A stretch of 64,000 bases of DNA. It comes from Blastocystis sp. Blastoise. Lineage: Eukaryota > Protista > Bigyra: Opalinata. The DNA lies in NCBI GenBank assembly GCA_039096225.1, contig JBBPEB010000015.1, positions 2,418,001 to 2,482,000 of the forward strand, read 5' to 3'. Below the pieces are notes generated by a model. It saw only the letters and a program-made list of their open reading frames with translations, did not search any database and was not told where the DNA came from. Positions 37,980 to 64,000 of the stretch are shown in pieces. Position 1 is the stretch's first letter; each line of letters opens with the position of its first letter. A program made the translations under genes and the position numbers.

Positions 37980-38691
37980 AATTGATATTATTGATAATCG
38001 AAAAAAGAAATGAAATGTAATTAATAGGATTGAAGAAAAAATCGAATGAAATCATGGCCAACGGTTCCAACATCCAATGAGATTGGTCAAAAAGGGAAGC
38101 TACTGGACATCTTTTCATTTTCAGAATGAACGAGATTTCTATCCAATTAATGAAGTGTCCTGAATTCGTTCACCAATCATATCGGAAACTCAAAAACTGA
38201 CATGATTTTTATGATCACAAAAAATATTATTCGATTGATGACACATCTCATTACAATTAAATGTTGTGTTTAGAATTCTTTATAAAATAATTCTTTCAAT
38301 TAATCTTATGCAATTCTTATTTAATTCGTATATATATTATATGATACATATGCCTTTTGCTATATACATCTATATGTAATCTTTATGTTTAGAATAGTGT
38401 ATATTTTATTCATTCAGTCATCTTTCAAGTTAAGTTATTCGTTTATTTTTATCTTTTTTAAAATTCTTATTTCATTTATGAACTATTCTATGCTAAATAA
38501 AACAATGGATTCATACATAGAGTGTAAACAAAACTAAATTCTTTTTTTTATGTAAGAAAAACTAGCAAATTCACTTTTGTATGTTTAGAATTTAAAAATT
38601 AAAGTAAGAACATCATAAATGAGTTAAAAAAAAGAATGAATTAAATTTGTTTAGTAAAACTACGTTTTGTTTAATGTATATATTATAGTAT

Positions 38692-41600
38692 TTAGTTAGT
38701 ATCATGACTTATTTCTTCATTTGTCTTGTGAATATATCCTTTAACCATAGTATAAAGATTAGGATCATTAGCAGCTACTACCATACCACTGAATATACTA
38801 TTAGGATTATTTAATAGATTAAGAGGAGTATCAAATTCAGCGACTATACCTTGATCCATGACACATACTCTGTCACTATCCATAATAGTATTCAAACGAT
38901 GAGCAATAGTTAATACAGTACAATTAATAAATTGTTTACGAATCATAGTTTGTAAGAATCCATCAGTTTCATTATCTAAAGAAGCAGTAGCTTCATCCAT
39001 AATTAATACTTTAGGTCTCTTTAATAAAGCTCTAGCCATACATATAAGTTGACGTTGACCAACAGAGAAATTACTACCTCCTTCATGAACATCACCATCT
39101 AATTTACCAGGTAAAGCATCAATAGCTTCTTTTAATTCGACTTCTTCTAATACTCTCCAAATCTCTTCATCACTAGATTCATTAAAAGGATCTAAATTAA
39201 AACGAACAGAAGCACTAAATAAAACAGGATCTTGAGGAATAATACATAAATGACGACGAACATCTTCTAAACCAATATCTTCTAATTTTATATTATCCAT
39301 ATATATAGCACCTCCACAACATTCACTTATTCTAAATAAACCTACCATAAGACTACTTTTACCTGCACCTGTTCTACCTACAACACCTACTTTCTCCATA
39401 GGATGAATATCCATATTCACACCTTTTAATACTTTAGGACCATTTCTATATCTCATTTCAAAGTTATCAAATTTAATAGCACCTTCAGTAGGCCAATCTT
39501 CAGGAGGTCTGTGGTCCTCAATAATCATAGGAGGTTCAGGTTCTACTGTATCTATATAAAACTTAACTCTTTCCACATTATTCATTTGAGCTTCTAATTG
39601 TGCAAGCATACGTGTACATTGTTTGAGGAACATAGACATATTTGAACTACTATTAAGAGCAACACCTAACAAACTAGCACTAATAAAACCTCTTAATCCA
39701 TTACTAAGAATAGCAATAATACAAGACATTCCAGCAGCTAAAATATCTGTCCTCATAGTTAACCAGCATCCACAGTAATTAAATAATAATAAGTTATGGT
39801 TATTGATAGTAAGACGATTCTCCATATGCTGAATAAAACGTTCTTGATATCCATAAGCACGAATAGTAGGAGCACCAGTAAGAACAGCTTGGAAATCTTC
39901 GAAGATAGGAGAACGAGATACAGATTCTAGACGTTGAATATCTGTGTTTGTACGACGGAAATAAGATTGTACGAAATAGAATATAAGAACAACAATAAAA
40001 ATAACAGGAATCATGATACCCTTTGTAGTAATAGATATTTGAATGATATCACCAACTACTGTTAAGAACATACTAACTACTTGATTGAAATTCTGAGGTA
40101 ATGTATTATCTACACCATCCTGTATATAGGGTCTATTAGTATATATATATAATGATTCTATTATAAATCTTATTATAAATAGTATCATTCAATTGAATAT
40201 ATAGATATTTAAATTATATGTGTGAGGAGTTTTTTAATATTATTTTAAATACTAAAATTAAATAAATAAAAATAAAAAAAAAAAAAATACAAAATATAAA
40301 TAAAAAAAAAAAGAATATAAATAATAAGCTTACCATATCTTTATTAAAACGATTTAAGATTCTTCCTACAGGAGTAATATCATGGAAGGCAATAGGAGCA
40401 GCCATGATTTTTGAGCTCAATTCTTTGTGTATATGTCTACTAGCACTAATACGAGCAGGTACATTTAATAAGGCATTTAATATAAGGAAAATAGATAATC
40501 CAATAATTAAATAACTATACCAAGATAAATAAGTATCACTAATAGCTAAACATTCAGGAGTTAAAATATCTGTTTCATTCGCAGTTTGGGCTTTACATTC
40601 TCTATATATAGTATCATTATTATATATATGACTAAATATTATTTTCTTTATCAAATAACGTTATAGAAGTATAGAAAGAGAAATTAAAATGAATAAAAAA
40701 ATAATTAATAAATAGAGCAATACAATTATCAATAGAATAGAAAACATACGGTGTTTCAGACCATGCAGAAAGAAGAAATTGAGTCAAAATATTAACAGTT
40801 TCACGAAGAATAAATAATACTAACATCAGTATAACTAATACAAGACCACAAGATCTATAGATATAATTATTAATTAAATATATATAAAAGATAATGAAGT
40901 AAAGAAAGAGTGTTTAAAAAGCTAAAAAAAAAAAAAAATTAAAAAAATTAAATAAAAAAATTATTTAAAAATAAAAACATAATATTGATTATACTTGAAA
41001 TAGAATGTATATGCACTTAAAGGAATACGTCCAGCATGTTTTTCTTCTTCTTCCACAAGTTGACCTTCATCTGATTCTTTCTTTTCTTTCTTCGCTTCTG
41101 TATGATCACGTCTACTTGTTTTTCCTGTATCAATACTACTTCTACCTACTTCTTGTTCTTGTAATATCTTCATAAATTCACTATCTTTCTGTTTTACTTC
41201 TTCATAAGTACCTTGAGCTTCTATAGTATTATCATTAATAACGATCACATAATCACATTTAGGTAAATATTGAAGAGCATTGGTAACAAGAATACGAGTT
41301 TTTCCATTTAATTCGGTTTTAATACATTTATTAAATAAATATTTACCAACATGAGCATCAACAGCAGCAATAGGATCATCCATAATAACTATATCTGTAT
41401 CACTATATACACAACGAGCTAAACCAATTCTAGCTTTTTGACCACCAGAAAGATTAATACCACGATCTCCAATTTCACACATTTCACCACCTTTTAATAC
41501 CTTTAAATCATCTTCCATACAACATACATGTAAAGCACGTTTATATCTTTCTTCTTCGAATTCTTTACCAAATAATACATTACCTCGAACAGTATCATTG

Positions 41601-42418
41601 ACCATCCAAGCTTGTTGAGAAGCAAATGAAACAGAACCATTAACAATACAACAACCACTATTCTTTGTCATTTCACCAATAAGAGCAGAAACAAAAGAAG
41701 TCTTACCACTTCCCACTCTACCTACTACTGCTACTAATGAACCTTTTTTAATCTATAATAATATATATTTTGAATATAGCTGATAAAGATTAAAAAAAAC
41801 AAAAAGTTATTAAACAAGTCAAATGAATATTTAATTAATACTATATTAGAAAACTTATATATTGAAAGAGATAGAAACAATAAGTATTTTATAAATATTA
41901 ATTAAATAAATAAATAAATGTATTTAAAGAAATAGAAACAATGACTAGAGTATATATAATATTAATAAGATATAATAATTAGTGATACCTTTATATTAAT
42001 ATCTTTCAATACATTTGTACCGTCACCCCAGGCAAAGGATCCGTCTTGTATGACGATAGGTGTGTCATCAACGTTATAGTCTGTTAGAGTCTGTTTATCA
42101 CCGTTATGATCAGTATATTCGATGGGTTTCGATCCTTCTCCGCTACTTATATTTCTATATACTAAGGAACTATCTACTTCATCTAAGGATAAGAAATGAT
42201 TGATACGTTTTAAAGACACTCTGAATTGAATATACATCATAATACACATGGGAAGCATCATAAAAGGCATACGTAAAATACCAAGAAGAGAGAGAGTGGT
42301 GAAAATAACAGAAGGAGTAAGAGGCTTCTGCTCTACAGAAGGATATATAGAGAAGATAATAAATGGAATTGCATAGGGAACTAACTATATATATAAATAA
42401 ATAAATAAATAAATAAAA

Positions 42419-42473
<55 letters not shown>

Positions 42474-42874
42474 AAATAAATATACATTCATAAGGATCAT
42501 AAAAGCACAAGCCATAATCCATGATTGCTTTTCAATTTGTTTTATTTCTTTTTCTCGAATTTCATCAATCTATTTTATATATAGAAAATAAGAAAAAACT
42601 ATATACTAAATATAATAATAAAGAATAAATACTTTTCCTAAGAATGGTCTTTCCCAGCAATAATACTTAATTACACGAATACCTATATATATAATGATTA
42701 TATATTATATTTAAGTATACTTTGAATAATCATATTAACTTTTTAATAAATATATATACCAATTAAAACTTCATTTAATAATTTAACTCTTGAATCCGTA
42801 AATTTCATATTTTTATCACGAATTTTACGAACAATACCACCACAAGTACCTTTAATAATATAATAATAATAATA

Positions 42875-42942
<68 letters not shown>

Positions 42943-42989
42943 TAATAATAATATAATAAAATAATATAATATAGTAATAATAATATAAT

Positions 42990-43028
<39 letters not shown>

Positions 43029-43616
43029 TAATATAATATACTATAATAATAATAATAATATACCTTGTATAACAAGCATTACAAATAAAATGCCAATTGC
43101 AATCCATGTAAGTTGTCCGATTTGAGTAATCATTAATAATATGCATATAATAATCATAAAAGGAGCAGAAATCAGAACTAGTATGAATACCGTAAACATT
43201 TGTAAAATATTTGTATCCGAACTCATAATATTAACAAGTTGACCCGTAGAAGTAGTTCCTTTAGCTGTAGAGGTGAGACGAAGTGCTTTTCTATATATAG
43301 CTTCTTGAGCCATCGATTTCATTTGAACACCAATTTTAGAAAGAGTCATAGAACCGTAGTTATGAAGGAATGCACCGATAGATGGTGCAACAAATAATAA
43401 AGCAGCATAACACCACTTTAAATACTCAGGTAAATAAATAAATAAATAAATAAATAAAAATAAATAAATAAAAATAAATAAATAAATATAAATAAATAAA
43501 TAAATAAAATATAAATAAATAAATAAAATATAAATAAATAAATAAATAAATAAATAAAATATAAATAAAATATAAATAAAATATAAATAAAATATAAATA
43601 AAATATAAATAAAATA

Positions 43617-43647
<31 letters not shown>

Positions 43648-43656
43648 ATACTCAGC

Positions 43657-43701
<45 letters not shown>

Positions 43702-44274
43702 AAATACGTAAATGTTCTCCATCTTCGGGATTTTGAAGATCAGAAACAAGTTGTTGCATGACTAAAGTAGGAATGAATGTAAATGCAAATTGAATAATTG
43801 CAGCTAATATAGCAAGAACCCATTCACAAACACCAGTTGCCTTAAGAATTGGACCAAATAAAGAACGTTTTTCTTTCGGAAATTGTTCTTGAAGAATATA
43901 ATTTTCTTCAAAACGATCATACAATTTATGAGGATCATCTCTGGGATTAAATCCACCAAGATCTTCTTGAGTCAACGTTCTTTTAGAACCAATCTTAAAG
44001 ATATGTTGTAAAAAATGAACACTTACCCAAGAAAACCAATTGGATTCTTTTTCACAACAAGGCATATCATTTTTAACATCTTTTTTAGGAGCCTGCTCTT
44101 TTATCTCAATATCCTAGATTAATAATTATAATTCATATCGTGAATTTTAGAAGAAATAAAATACTATAACTTCTGGAGTCTTTGTATCTGCATCCTAGTG
44201 AATCAATTAGAACTTATAAAGATTGGTTAATATACTTCTGACACCTCAGGAGACTTTTCTATTGTTGTATTCAT
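38692..44274 (-). CDS. ABCC/MRP-type full-length ABC exporter, multi-exon
   Basis: NBD1 GSGKT, LSGGQKARIGLAR, MDDPIAAVDAHVG; TMD2 TPVGRILNRFNKD, RLESVSRSP; NBD2 GRTGAGKSS, IIPQDPVLF, FSVGQRQL, MDEATA, IAHRL. ATG at 44274 followed by short N-terminal exons. Confidence 0.95.
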
Positions 44275-45076
44275 GGTTTATATAGAATACAAATTTGTAA
44301 TTTTTATTTGGATCTTCTCTTGGAAATAAATTTCACATCAATCGGATGCTCTAACACACAAATGCTTCAAGTCCAATTCGGTCTCTAAAAATCCTCCTGG
44401 TTATTTCGTAGAATTCAGCCTATTTTTTAAATACTATCGGTCTATGCAGATTATGAGACTACGTGCGTCATGACTAGAAGTATTCGAAAAGAACTTCTTC
44501 ATTTAGTAGATTTATTTTTGTTTTATTCAAATAACTGTTTGAATTTATGAAAAAAATATCGATTTATTATCATTTAAATATTTTTGAAACTGTTTTTATA
44601 AGAGTATACTTGCTGAATGTGTATATAGATATGTATATATAAAATTCATACCATGAAAAACAATATATAATAATTTTTTTTGTTTAGCTTCTGTTAGTGA
44701 TTTCATTATGATGCATTGCTATTTAGATTGTTCTATTGGTTATATGTTTAGTCTAAGAGAATCATTGGCTGGATTCCTGTTCTTTCGAACTTCGTTTTAT
44801 TTCGTTTAGAGTTCTGTGTTTCTGTTTTTTTTTTAACAACGTTTTGCCATCATTTCTAGCCATTTTTTGACTATTCGTTTAAAGGATTATGCTATAACGA
44901 ATATATTTGTATGAATCCATATAGCGAGCATGAACAAACAAAAGAGATTTGTTTAAAACAATAAAATAAAAAATTGAATCATTGTAAATAATAGTTTAAA
45001 AAGGCAAAAAAAAAAAAGTGAATATAAATCATAGTATAGATGAATTAAAAATAGAAATTGATTCTATAAGAATGAC

Positions 45077-56095
<11,019 letters not shown>

Positions 56096-56270
56096 AAGGA
56101 ATCAGTTGTTAAAAAAAAATCGAAAAAATAATCTTTAAAATAGGGGAAGAAAGTAAGATTCTCGTGTTTATAAAAACCCAATATTTATATTCGATTAGAT
56201 ATAAATAGAAGTTTCATTGTGAATACGTAATATATACTTTATTAGTAAATTTGAATTAGTATAGATAGAT

Positions 56271-58249
56271 ATGAGTGAAGATATAAGTATGTAGTGATTC
56301 TATAGTTATTTTATTTATATATTTAATAAAAACCCAAACAGTTGGTGAACGTCCTAAAGATAAACATCCTAGAATGATATATAAAAATAAATTTGGATTA
56401 AAGAAACAAGGTGCTGGTGGTAAAGGAACTTGGGGAAAGCCAGGATGTGAGTTGATTCCAGTTGAAGTCGATGTCAATGATCCTGCTTATGATTCTGAAG
56501 ATGTATGTTTTAATCGTTAAATGTTATTATTTTATTGGATATATGATTAATTTTTTATATTTTTGAATTTTGTTTTATGTTGATGACATTATGTATATAT
56601 ATATAGGATACTAATGTAATTTTATATCAAGTTCACGATGAGGAAGGTAAGAATGTAAAGAGTGATATCACATTAAAGGAATATAAAGCTGAAGTTGAGG
56701 ATATTATTGAAGAATATTTTTGTAGTCAAGATCTTGATGAACTTCGTGTGTATGTAGGTTTATTTATGTTTTAATTTTATTTTTGAATATATAAACGTTT
56801 TATTTATTTGTGTAATCAAGTTTTTAGTCAGAAGTTTTTTTTAATATTATTATTTTTTGAAATATATAATATTTTTTATTTTTTAAATTATATATTTATA
56901 TATTTTAAATATATAATATATATAATAATTAAAAAAAAAAACAATAATTATAGAATAATTATATAGATCATTAGATGAGTTAAAATGTCCTACATATCAT
57001 TATGAGTTTATAAAGAAGTCTATCATTCGTGCTATGGATTTTGGTCCTCATGAATGTGAATTAGTCTCTCAAATGTTAAATACTTTAGTAGGTGATGAAT
57101 TCTCACCTGCAGATATTACGAAAGCATTTGAAAAACTACTTGTACGTATTCAAGATGTTAAATTAGATGATCCTGATGCTGAAAATGTATATATATATAT
57201 ATTATTATATTTATATATATTTATAATCATTTTATTCAAACAAATACATGGAATTATATTGAATATATATATTTTTTTGAAGCTATTTTATTATCTTTTT
57301 TTTTTAAATAAAAGAAATAACTTGAATTATATATATATATATATATATAGGATTTATCAAAGTTTATTGCTCGTGCTGTAGCTGATGAAGTTATTCCTCC
57401 TTCCTTTTTAGTAGACCCAATATGTTTAGAGAAGAATGCTTCTGTATTAAAGATGACAGGTGATTTATTAAATATGAAGCATGGATTAGCTCGAATGGAA
57501 AAAATATGGGGAAATGGTAGTTTAATGACAGTTGAAGAATTTAAAGAAGTAGTTAAACAATCACTTCAAGAATATTTATTATCTTTTGATTTAAATGAAG
57601 TATATATATATGTTATTTGTTATATATTTTTATATTAAAGATTCTATAATTATAAAGTAAATATTAATTTAATTCTTATCTAAAGTGTTTACATTGTATA
57701 AAAGAATTAAATCAACCTTTCTTTGGTCATGAATTTGTTAAGAGAAGTCTTATTCTAGGAATGGATGGAGATGATAAACAAATGAAACTCGTTGAAGATC
57801 TTATTATTACTGCATTCAATACAGAAGTATACTATTATTATATATGCTTTTATTCTATTCTTTATTATTTATTATTTTATTCTATTTTTTATTCTATTTA
57901 TTATTTTATAATTTATTGTTTTATTTATTATTCTATTATTTATTATTTTATTTATTATTTTATTATTTATTATTCTATTTATTATTTTATTCTATTTATT
58001 GTTTTATTTATTATTTTATTATTTATTATTCAATTTATTATTTTATTATTTTTTAAAACTAAACTATTTTGTCTATTCTAGATTCTTTCTTATTCTCAAT
58101 TATGTTTGGGTTTGAAACGTGTATATTCTGAATTATCAGATATTCAATTAGATGTTCCTAAGGCTCCTCATTTACTTCAGGATTTCTCAAAACATTTAAT
58201 TGAACAAAACATTGTCTCTGAAGAAGATTTTAAACAAATCATGGCTTAA
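56271..58249 (+). CDS. PDCD4: PDCD4-like MA3-domain translation regulator, multi-exon
   Basis: KKQGAGGKGTWGKPG...DVNDPAYD; two MA3 repeats (IIEEYF...HYEFIKKSI...LDDPDA...FIARAVADE; LQEYLLS...HEFVKR...LDVPKA); TAA at 58247-58249. First intron boundary not resolved. Confidence 0.9.
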
Positions 58250-58923
58250 AAATATTTTATTTTTTTTTTATATCAGTCTATAGTTCATTTTTTTTTTGTA
58301 TTTATTTAACTTATTTCAGTATTTAATTTTTTTTTCATAAATATTGAATACTTTATTATTAATAGATATTTTTATCTCTTTTTAATTTTTTATGTAATAT
58401 TTTTATAATTAAAGACATTTTTGTAAAATACAAATTATTATTTTTTTTAAATATTAAAATCTACAAAAAAATATCATTATCATACACTACTATTTTGTTT
58501 AACATAAATGGATATATAATATTAGATATAGATTAAATTCTATGAGAAACATGACTCATTCACAATATATATATATTTCTTATGATATAGAAACTATTTT
58601 AATTTGAAAATTAACTCAGGCAAATATGGCTATCATTTACATTTTATTGAAATAGAACATAAACTATATGAATAAAAAAAATGACATTTTTATTCTTTAA
58701 TTGATCTCTGATTTAATGGGATTCATATAATACATTTACTTAAATGTTTAAAATGTGTAGTTGAATGAAAATTATCTAGTATAAACACACAAAAATTCAA
58801 AAAAATAATAAAAGATGATTTCAGTTTCATTTAGACAAACTTAAATAGAACTTAAAACATCATTTTTTTCGTTGGATTCTTGTTTTGTATGTATCTCTCA
58901 CTACTCCTCAAATTTATTTGAAA

Positions 58924-61900
58924 ATGAGAATATATATATTGATACTCTTTGCTTGTATGTATTAATAACGTTTACAATATATATTTTAGTGACATGTTAT
59001 TCATTGTGTACAGAACAAGAAACTGAATTATACTTATATCGTTCACTTACAGATCTACAATACGAGGGACACGTCGTACTGTATGAACGAACAGAACAGA
59101 ATGCAACTATTGTGTTTAATTCCTATCTCTTGGATACTATTAACTATAAAGATTATTATTATTTGTGTATCTCACCCCAAAAGAAGTACCAGCTCGCACT
59201 TCAACCGTAAGTTAGTTAATTATTATATAATTTTTTAATATTTATAATTAATTATGTCTTGTTTCTTTAATTAAAACTATATACTAATTATATATATATA
59301 TATTTATAGTGTATTTAGAGAGAGTGAACATCAACAATATGTTGCTCTGTCGTTAAACACAGGATTTCCTTTTTTTGAAGATTTATATCCATTATATCAA
59401 ATTAAACTGTTTGAATTTGAAGGTATAATCATATATATTTTATAGAATATTATATTTGTAATAATTCATAATTTCTCTATATATATAAATATTAACTATA
59501 AATAATTAATCTTTAGCTCAACCATTAGTTCATCAACATTCGTTATGGACATATACAATGACTCCAAAGAGTGAATCGGATTGGTTCTTACCCTACTTTG
59601 ACACATCTGATTGGTCTACTGGATGTCTTCAAGAAATATCGACATCTTCCTTGACTCAGATTCTTTATATTACTCGAATATGTGTATTAGATGATTTAAT
59701 ATATAGTAATGGAACATTACTTATTTCTGTATTAACTAGAACAGGTATTGTGTTCTATATTAATGGAATTGTTGCATTCGATAATTCAGAATCATTGTAT
59801 ATATTTATTCAATATATTTAATATATTTAATATATTTATTATATTTAATAGATTAAATATATTTAATATTTTTAATATATTTAAAGTATTATATACATTC
59901 ATTATATATAGGTTTATTCCAATGACAGCTAATACATTTACATAGTATTTATGCTATTCTTTTGATTATAATTCATATATATATATATTTCTCTTTATCA
60001 TAATATCATTTATTATTCTCTATAGTATAAGTGTGAATCCTTATTCTTATATGATTCCAGATTCGAAGGTATTACGCATGGCGTTTAAAATCCTCTTCAC
60101 ACCTCAACGACCTTATACGTCACATTTTGATATCTCTATTGTACTTCGAGTTGCCAGTATTTATTTATTATATTGATTTATTCTTTTTCTTATTTTATAT
60201 ATATCGATTATTAGTGTTATTATTATATATCTTATCTTTATGAATATATTAGATGATATTTCATCTTCTATCCATGTACCCTTAGAACGAACACCAATGT
60301 ATATATATATATTGCTTTAAATATATATTCCTTTATATATAATTAAAATATATTTATTTTTAAAAACTAAATATTATATTTTATATCTAGACAAGAGAAT
60401 TGTAAAGAATCAAGTGATATCATAGAAACTACATTAACTTATACTTTTGATAATTTGTATATATTTATATTTATTCTATTTATTCTATTTATTCTATTTA
60501 TAATATTTATAATATTTATTCATTTATATTTAATTATATTAATTATATTAATTCTATTTATATTTAATTATATTAATTATATTAATTAAATTAATTATTA
60601 TTATTATATAGTTATTCTACCATCAATGGTTATGTAATTTATTTTTCATCTATTACTTCAATATCTCCTACTTATTTTCAACTTCAGGCTTCTTTAGATG
60701 GAACTCATTGGACTATTCTAGATTCACGGGAATCCATCGAATATTTAAAAACTAAAGAATTCACTACATTTCCTATTTATGGAAATTTAAAACCATATCG
60801 AATATATCAACTTGTTTATAGTATATATATATATATATATAATAAATAATTAGGATTATCTTATTCTTTATATACAATATTATATTATGAATATTATAGA
60901 GAGCCCATCTTATTGTGAGTATCCTATTGACCACTTTGATATTGTGTTTTCGTACGGTGTTCCTCATGTATCTCAGCAATTATCTTATAATCGTCATGTC
61001 CTGTATACTATTCCTGTGATGCAATATGTCTATTTATATCCTCTTCTTCATTATTATAAAGACTTTACATCTGAAGGAAGTCTCCCTAAAGGATTAACTA
61101 TATCAAATCGAACAGGAGAAATACAAGGATATGTACATATCTCTGCTGAATATAAAGAGTATGTAATACTAATACAAGCAACTAATATGATTACCGGAGC
61201 TTATAAAACAAGTGTTGTTTCTATTATAGTCACAAGTATATACTTATGATAGATTATTTAATTTTATTAGCTTATTATTTTATTATTTATTTTTCATTTT
61301 TCTATACTTTATATAATTTTATTTATTTATTTATTTTTTATTTATTATATATTATATATTTTATTTATTTTTCATTTATTTTTCATTTTTTTAATATTAT
61401 ATATATATATAATTTTTTTTTATTTTTCATTATCAAAAAAGTTCAAATTTATTATATAAAATAACTTATTAATTCTCATTACAATATAATAATTATTATT
61501 ACCTTCTAGATTGTCATTATCCTCAAGTTCTTTTTCAAATAGAAGTTCAACGAGATATGTATAGTTATGGTGGTTTTTATTATATTCAAAATAATGTAAC
61601 TCATGAAGTATTAGATTATTATCATATTCAAAGTGCTACTTCTCCATCTAAATCTCCAATTCTATTTAATTATTGTGAAACTCAAGGTATTTATAATTTA
61701 CATTTTTATAATATCTATCATGGTGATTGGAAAGATCATACACAAATACGTATTAATTTAAGTTATCGAAATCAATTATATCCTATTGGATCTTTTACTT
61801 TAAATGGTGATATATATAAGGATGTATCGGTTTCTTTACAGTTTGCTATACATGAAAATGAAGAATGGCTTGTATTTTATAATGATAATGTTTTAAATTC

Positions 61901-64000
61901 TATTTCGAATACTTGGTATAAAAATGATTTTATTCCTGATTCAAATTGGAATGTTGTTACTTATAATGGTATAAAAGCTAAAGGTCGTATTTGGTTATAT
62001 CGAAAAGAATTCATCATAAATTCTATTGTTGGTTTTACTGGTTTTGAAATAAGATTAATGGCACGTGCAGGATTAGTTATTTATCTTAATGAAAAATTAA
62101 TATTTACAAGTAATATTAATTGTTCTACTGGTTTTATTTCTTCTTCTTCAGTAGCTACGGGAGGTGAATCTTTCTATTTTGATGAAACTACAAAGTCTAT
62201 TTCTGGATCCATATCCTTATTAAAATTAGGAAGAAATATATTATGTATTGCAAAAGTTCCTAAAGAATCTACATTTAATGCTACTGTATCCTCTGTATTT
62301 ATTACTCCTTATATATCTCTACGATTACTTCAAGAAAATAATCAAATGACTAGAGGTATATATGTTGATGAAGAAGTTATTAGTACTCCTTATATTAATT
62401 ATCAATATTATTTTAAACGTATATTTGAAGGTATAACTCCTTATTATTATAAAGGATTATATAATGAGAATTATCCTCATCCCTATGCTGTTGTATACTT
62501 TAATAATAATGGTGGAGAATATTTTAATAAATATTGTCTTACATGTAGTCCAGATATTGTATTAACAGATGTATATTCTATTATTATTGAAGGAATACAA
62601 GAATGTAAAGATTCTAATTGGAAACAAATTGATATTCAAAAAGATATTAATTTTATAAATCGTTTACAAAAGAAATGTTTTTATATACAAGATGACAATA
62701 TATTACCTTATAATTCTTTACGTTTTACTATATTAAGTATAAAAGGAAGTATGGAAAATACTCATTATGTATCTTTATCTCAAATAGAACTTCTTATGGA
62801 TATTCAAGATTATACAGATATTTCTTTAACATATCCTTCAGATTCTGTTACTATATATAGTCATACATATTTCCGTTTATATACAACATCTATGAGAATA
62901 GGTATATATTCTAATTTTACTGTTTCTCCTTCTTTGCCTGAAGGTATGCATATAAATATTGCTGATGGTACAATTTATGGTATTCCTACTAGTTATACGA
63001 ATCAATCATATATTATAAGTGCTAATAATATATATGGAATGAAAGTAAATACTAGTTTATTTATTAATATAGTAGATTGTTTATATCCTAATCTTTTAAT
63101 AACGATTACTATTGAGTGTATGAATGATGAAGATTGTTCTTCATATAGTTATTCATTAATAGAATCAGGAAGTCGTAAAGTAGATGAAGTCAATGAATTT
63201 TATTATGATATGCATTATACAAAAACAATATGTGTAATTCAATCTTTATATTCATTATATTTAGCCGATAAGACTTTTAAAGGATGGAAAAAAGCTACAA
63301 TAACTCTTCAAGAATATAATAAGGTATTATTTAATGGAGTAGCTACTAATGTACGTCTTCCTAATGTTATCCCTTTAAGTTTACGATATCTTATACATAG
63401 TACATATCAGAATTATATATATATACCTTCTGTGACAGAAGATATTATAGATTGGAAAGAAATCGAATATATACCTACTTCTGATTGGAAAGATCATAAA
63501 GGTTCTTTTACTTCTCTAGAAGGGAATGTACAATATTTAAGAACAACTTTTCATATAGAATCTATTGAAAATAGTATTATATGGTATTTAGAATTTACAA
63601 CTACTCAAGGTTTTGTTATATATATAAATGGAAAAGAATTATATCGTTATAATATGCCTGAAGGTAAAATTACTAAAGATACTTTTGCTATAAATAGATT
63701 TGATGTTGCACAAAGTATATCAACAAGTTCTATGTTTGAAGATGGAGTTCTTTTAGAACATCAAGATCATGTGGTATGTATTGAATTACATTCAAGTAAA
63801 GATCCTTCATTATCTAAATCATTTTCTATTCTTTTAAAACGTTATTTTGCTAAACAGATTCAAAATGAAGGAACTATATATAGTAATCATATTACTCCCG
63901 GAGTTATAGAGAATTTATCTTATTTATTTGATAATAATATGACAACTAATGTATTTATTAAAGCTATTTGTCATGAACATACAATTGATTATATATTTAA
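58924..64000 (+). CDS. Large secreted/surface protein with putative Ig (He_PIG-like) and F5/8-galactose-binding-like modules; 3'-partial
   Basis: Signal peptide MRIYILILFALTCYS; Ig-like LPKGLTISNRTGEIQG and LPEGMHINIADGTIYGIP; F5/8-like FQLQASLDGTHWTILD; repeated GIVFYING / GLVIYLNE / GFVIYINGKE; long exon from ~61511 reaching the window end. Confidence 0.8.

Overview
This is a very AT-rich, intron-rich eukaryotic nuclear window using the standard genetic code, with GT-AG introns largely filled by TA, TAT and TTTA microsatellites. The gene content and style resemble a low-GC Blastocystis-like anaerobic stramenopile, which is an inference and was not verified. Bases 1-~6141 hold an intact, intronless non-LTR retrotransposon of the restriction-like-endonuclease type (RT + CCHC + PD-(D/E)xK; R2/NeSL/Utopia-like), cut off at the 5' end by the window edge. 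Its ~1.9 kb putative 3' UTR has ~340-bp degenerate repeats and a compact folded domain. It ends directly against an orphan tRNA 3' end (T-arm, acceptor strand, oligo-T terminator) with no 5' half, so the leading hypothesis is a tRNA-gene-specific retrotransposon. The host genes that follow are, in order: a secreted GH20 beta-hexosaminidase, ELP2, SDHB, a MORN-repeat protein, a TopoVI-B-like ATPase, two tandem ATG22/UMF1 transporters, an SLC4 anion transporter, a small hypothetical, a TetA-like MFS, an ABCC/MRP exporter, an ~11 kb hypothetical gene, a PDCD4/MA3 protein and a large surface-type Ig/carbohydrate-binding protein that runs off the right edge. Gene coordinates are spliced-gene extents traced by eye.
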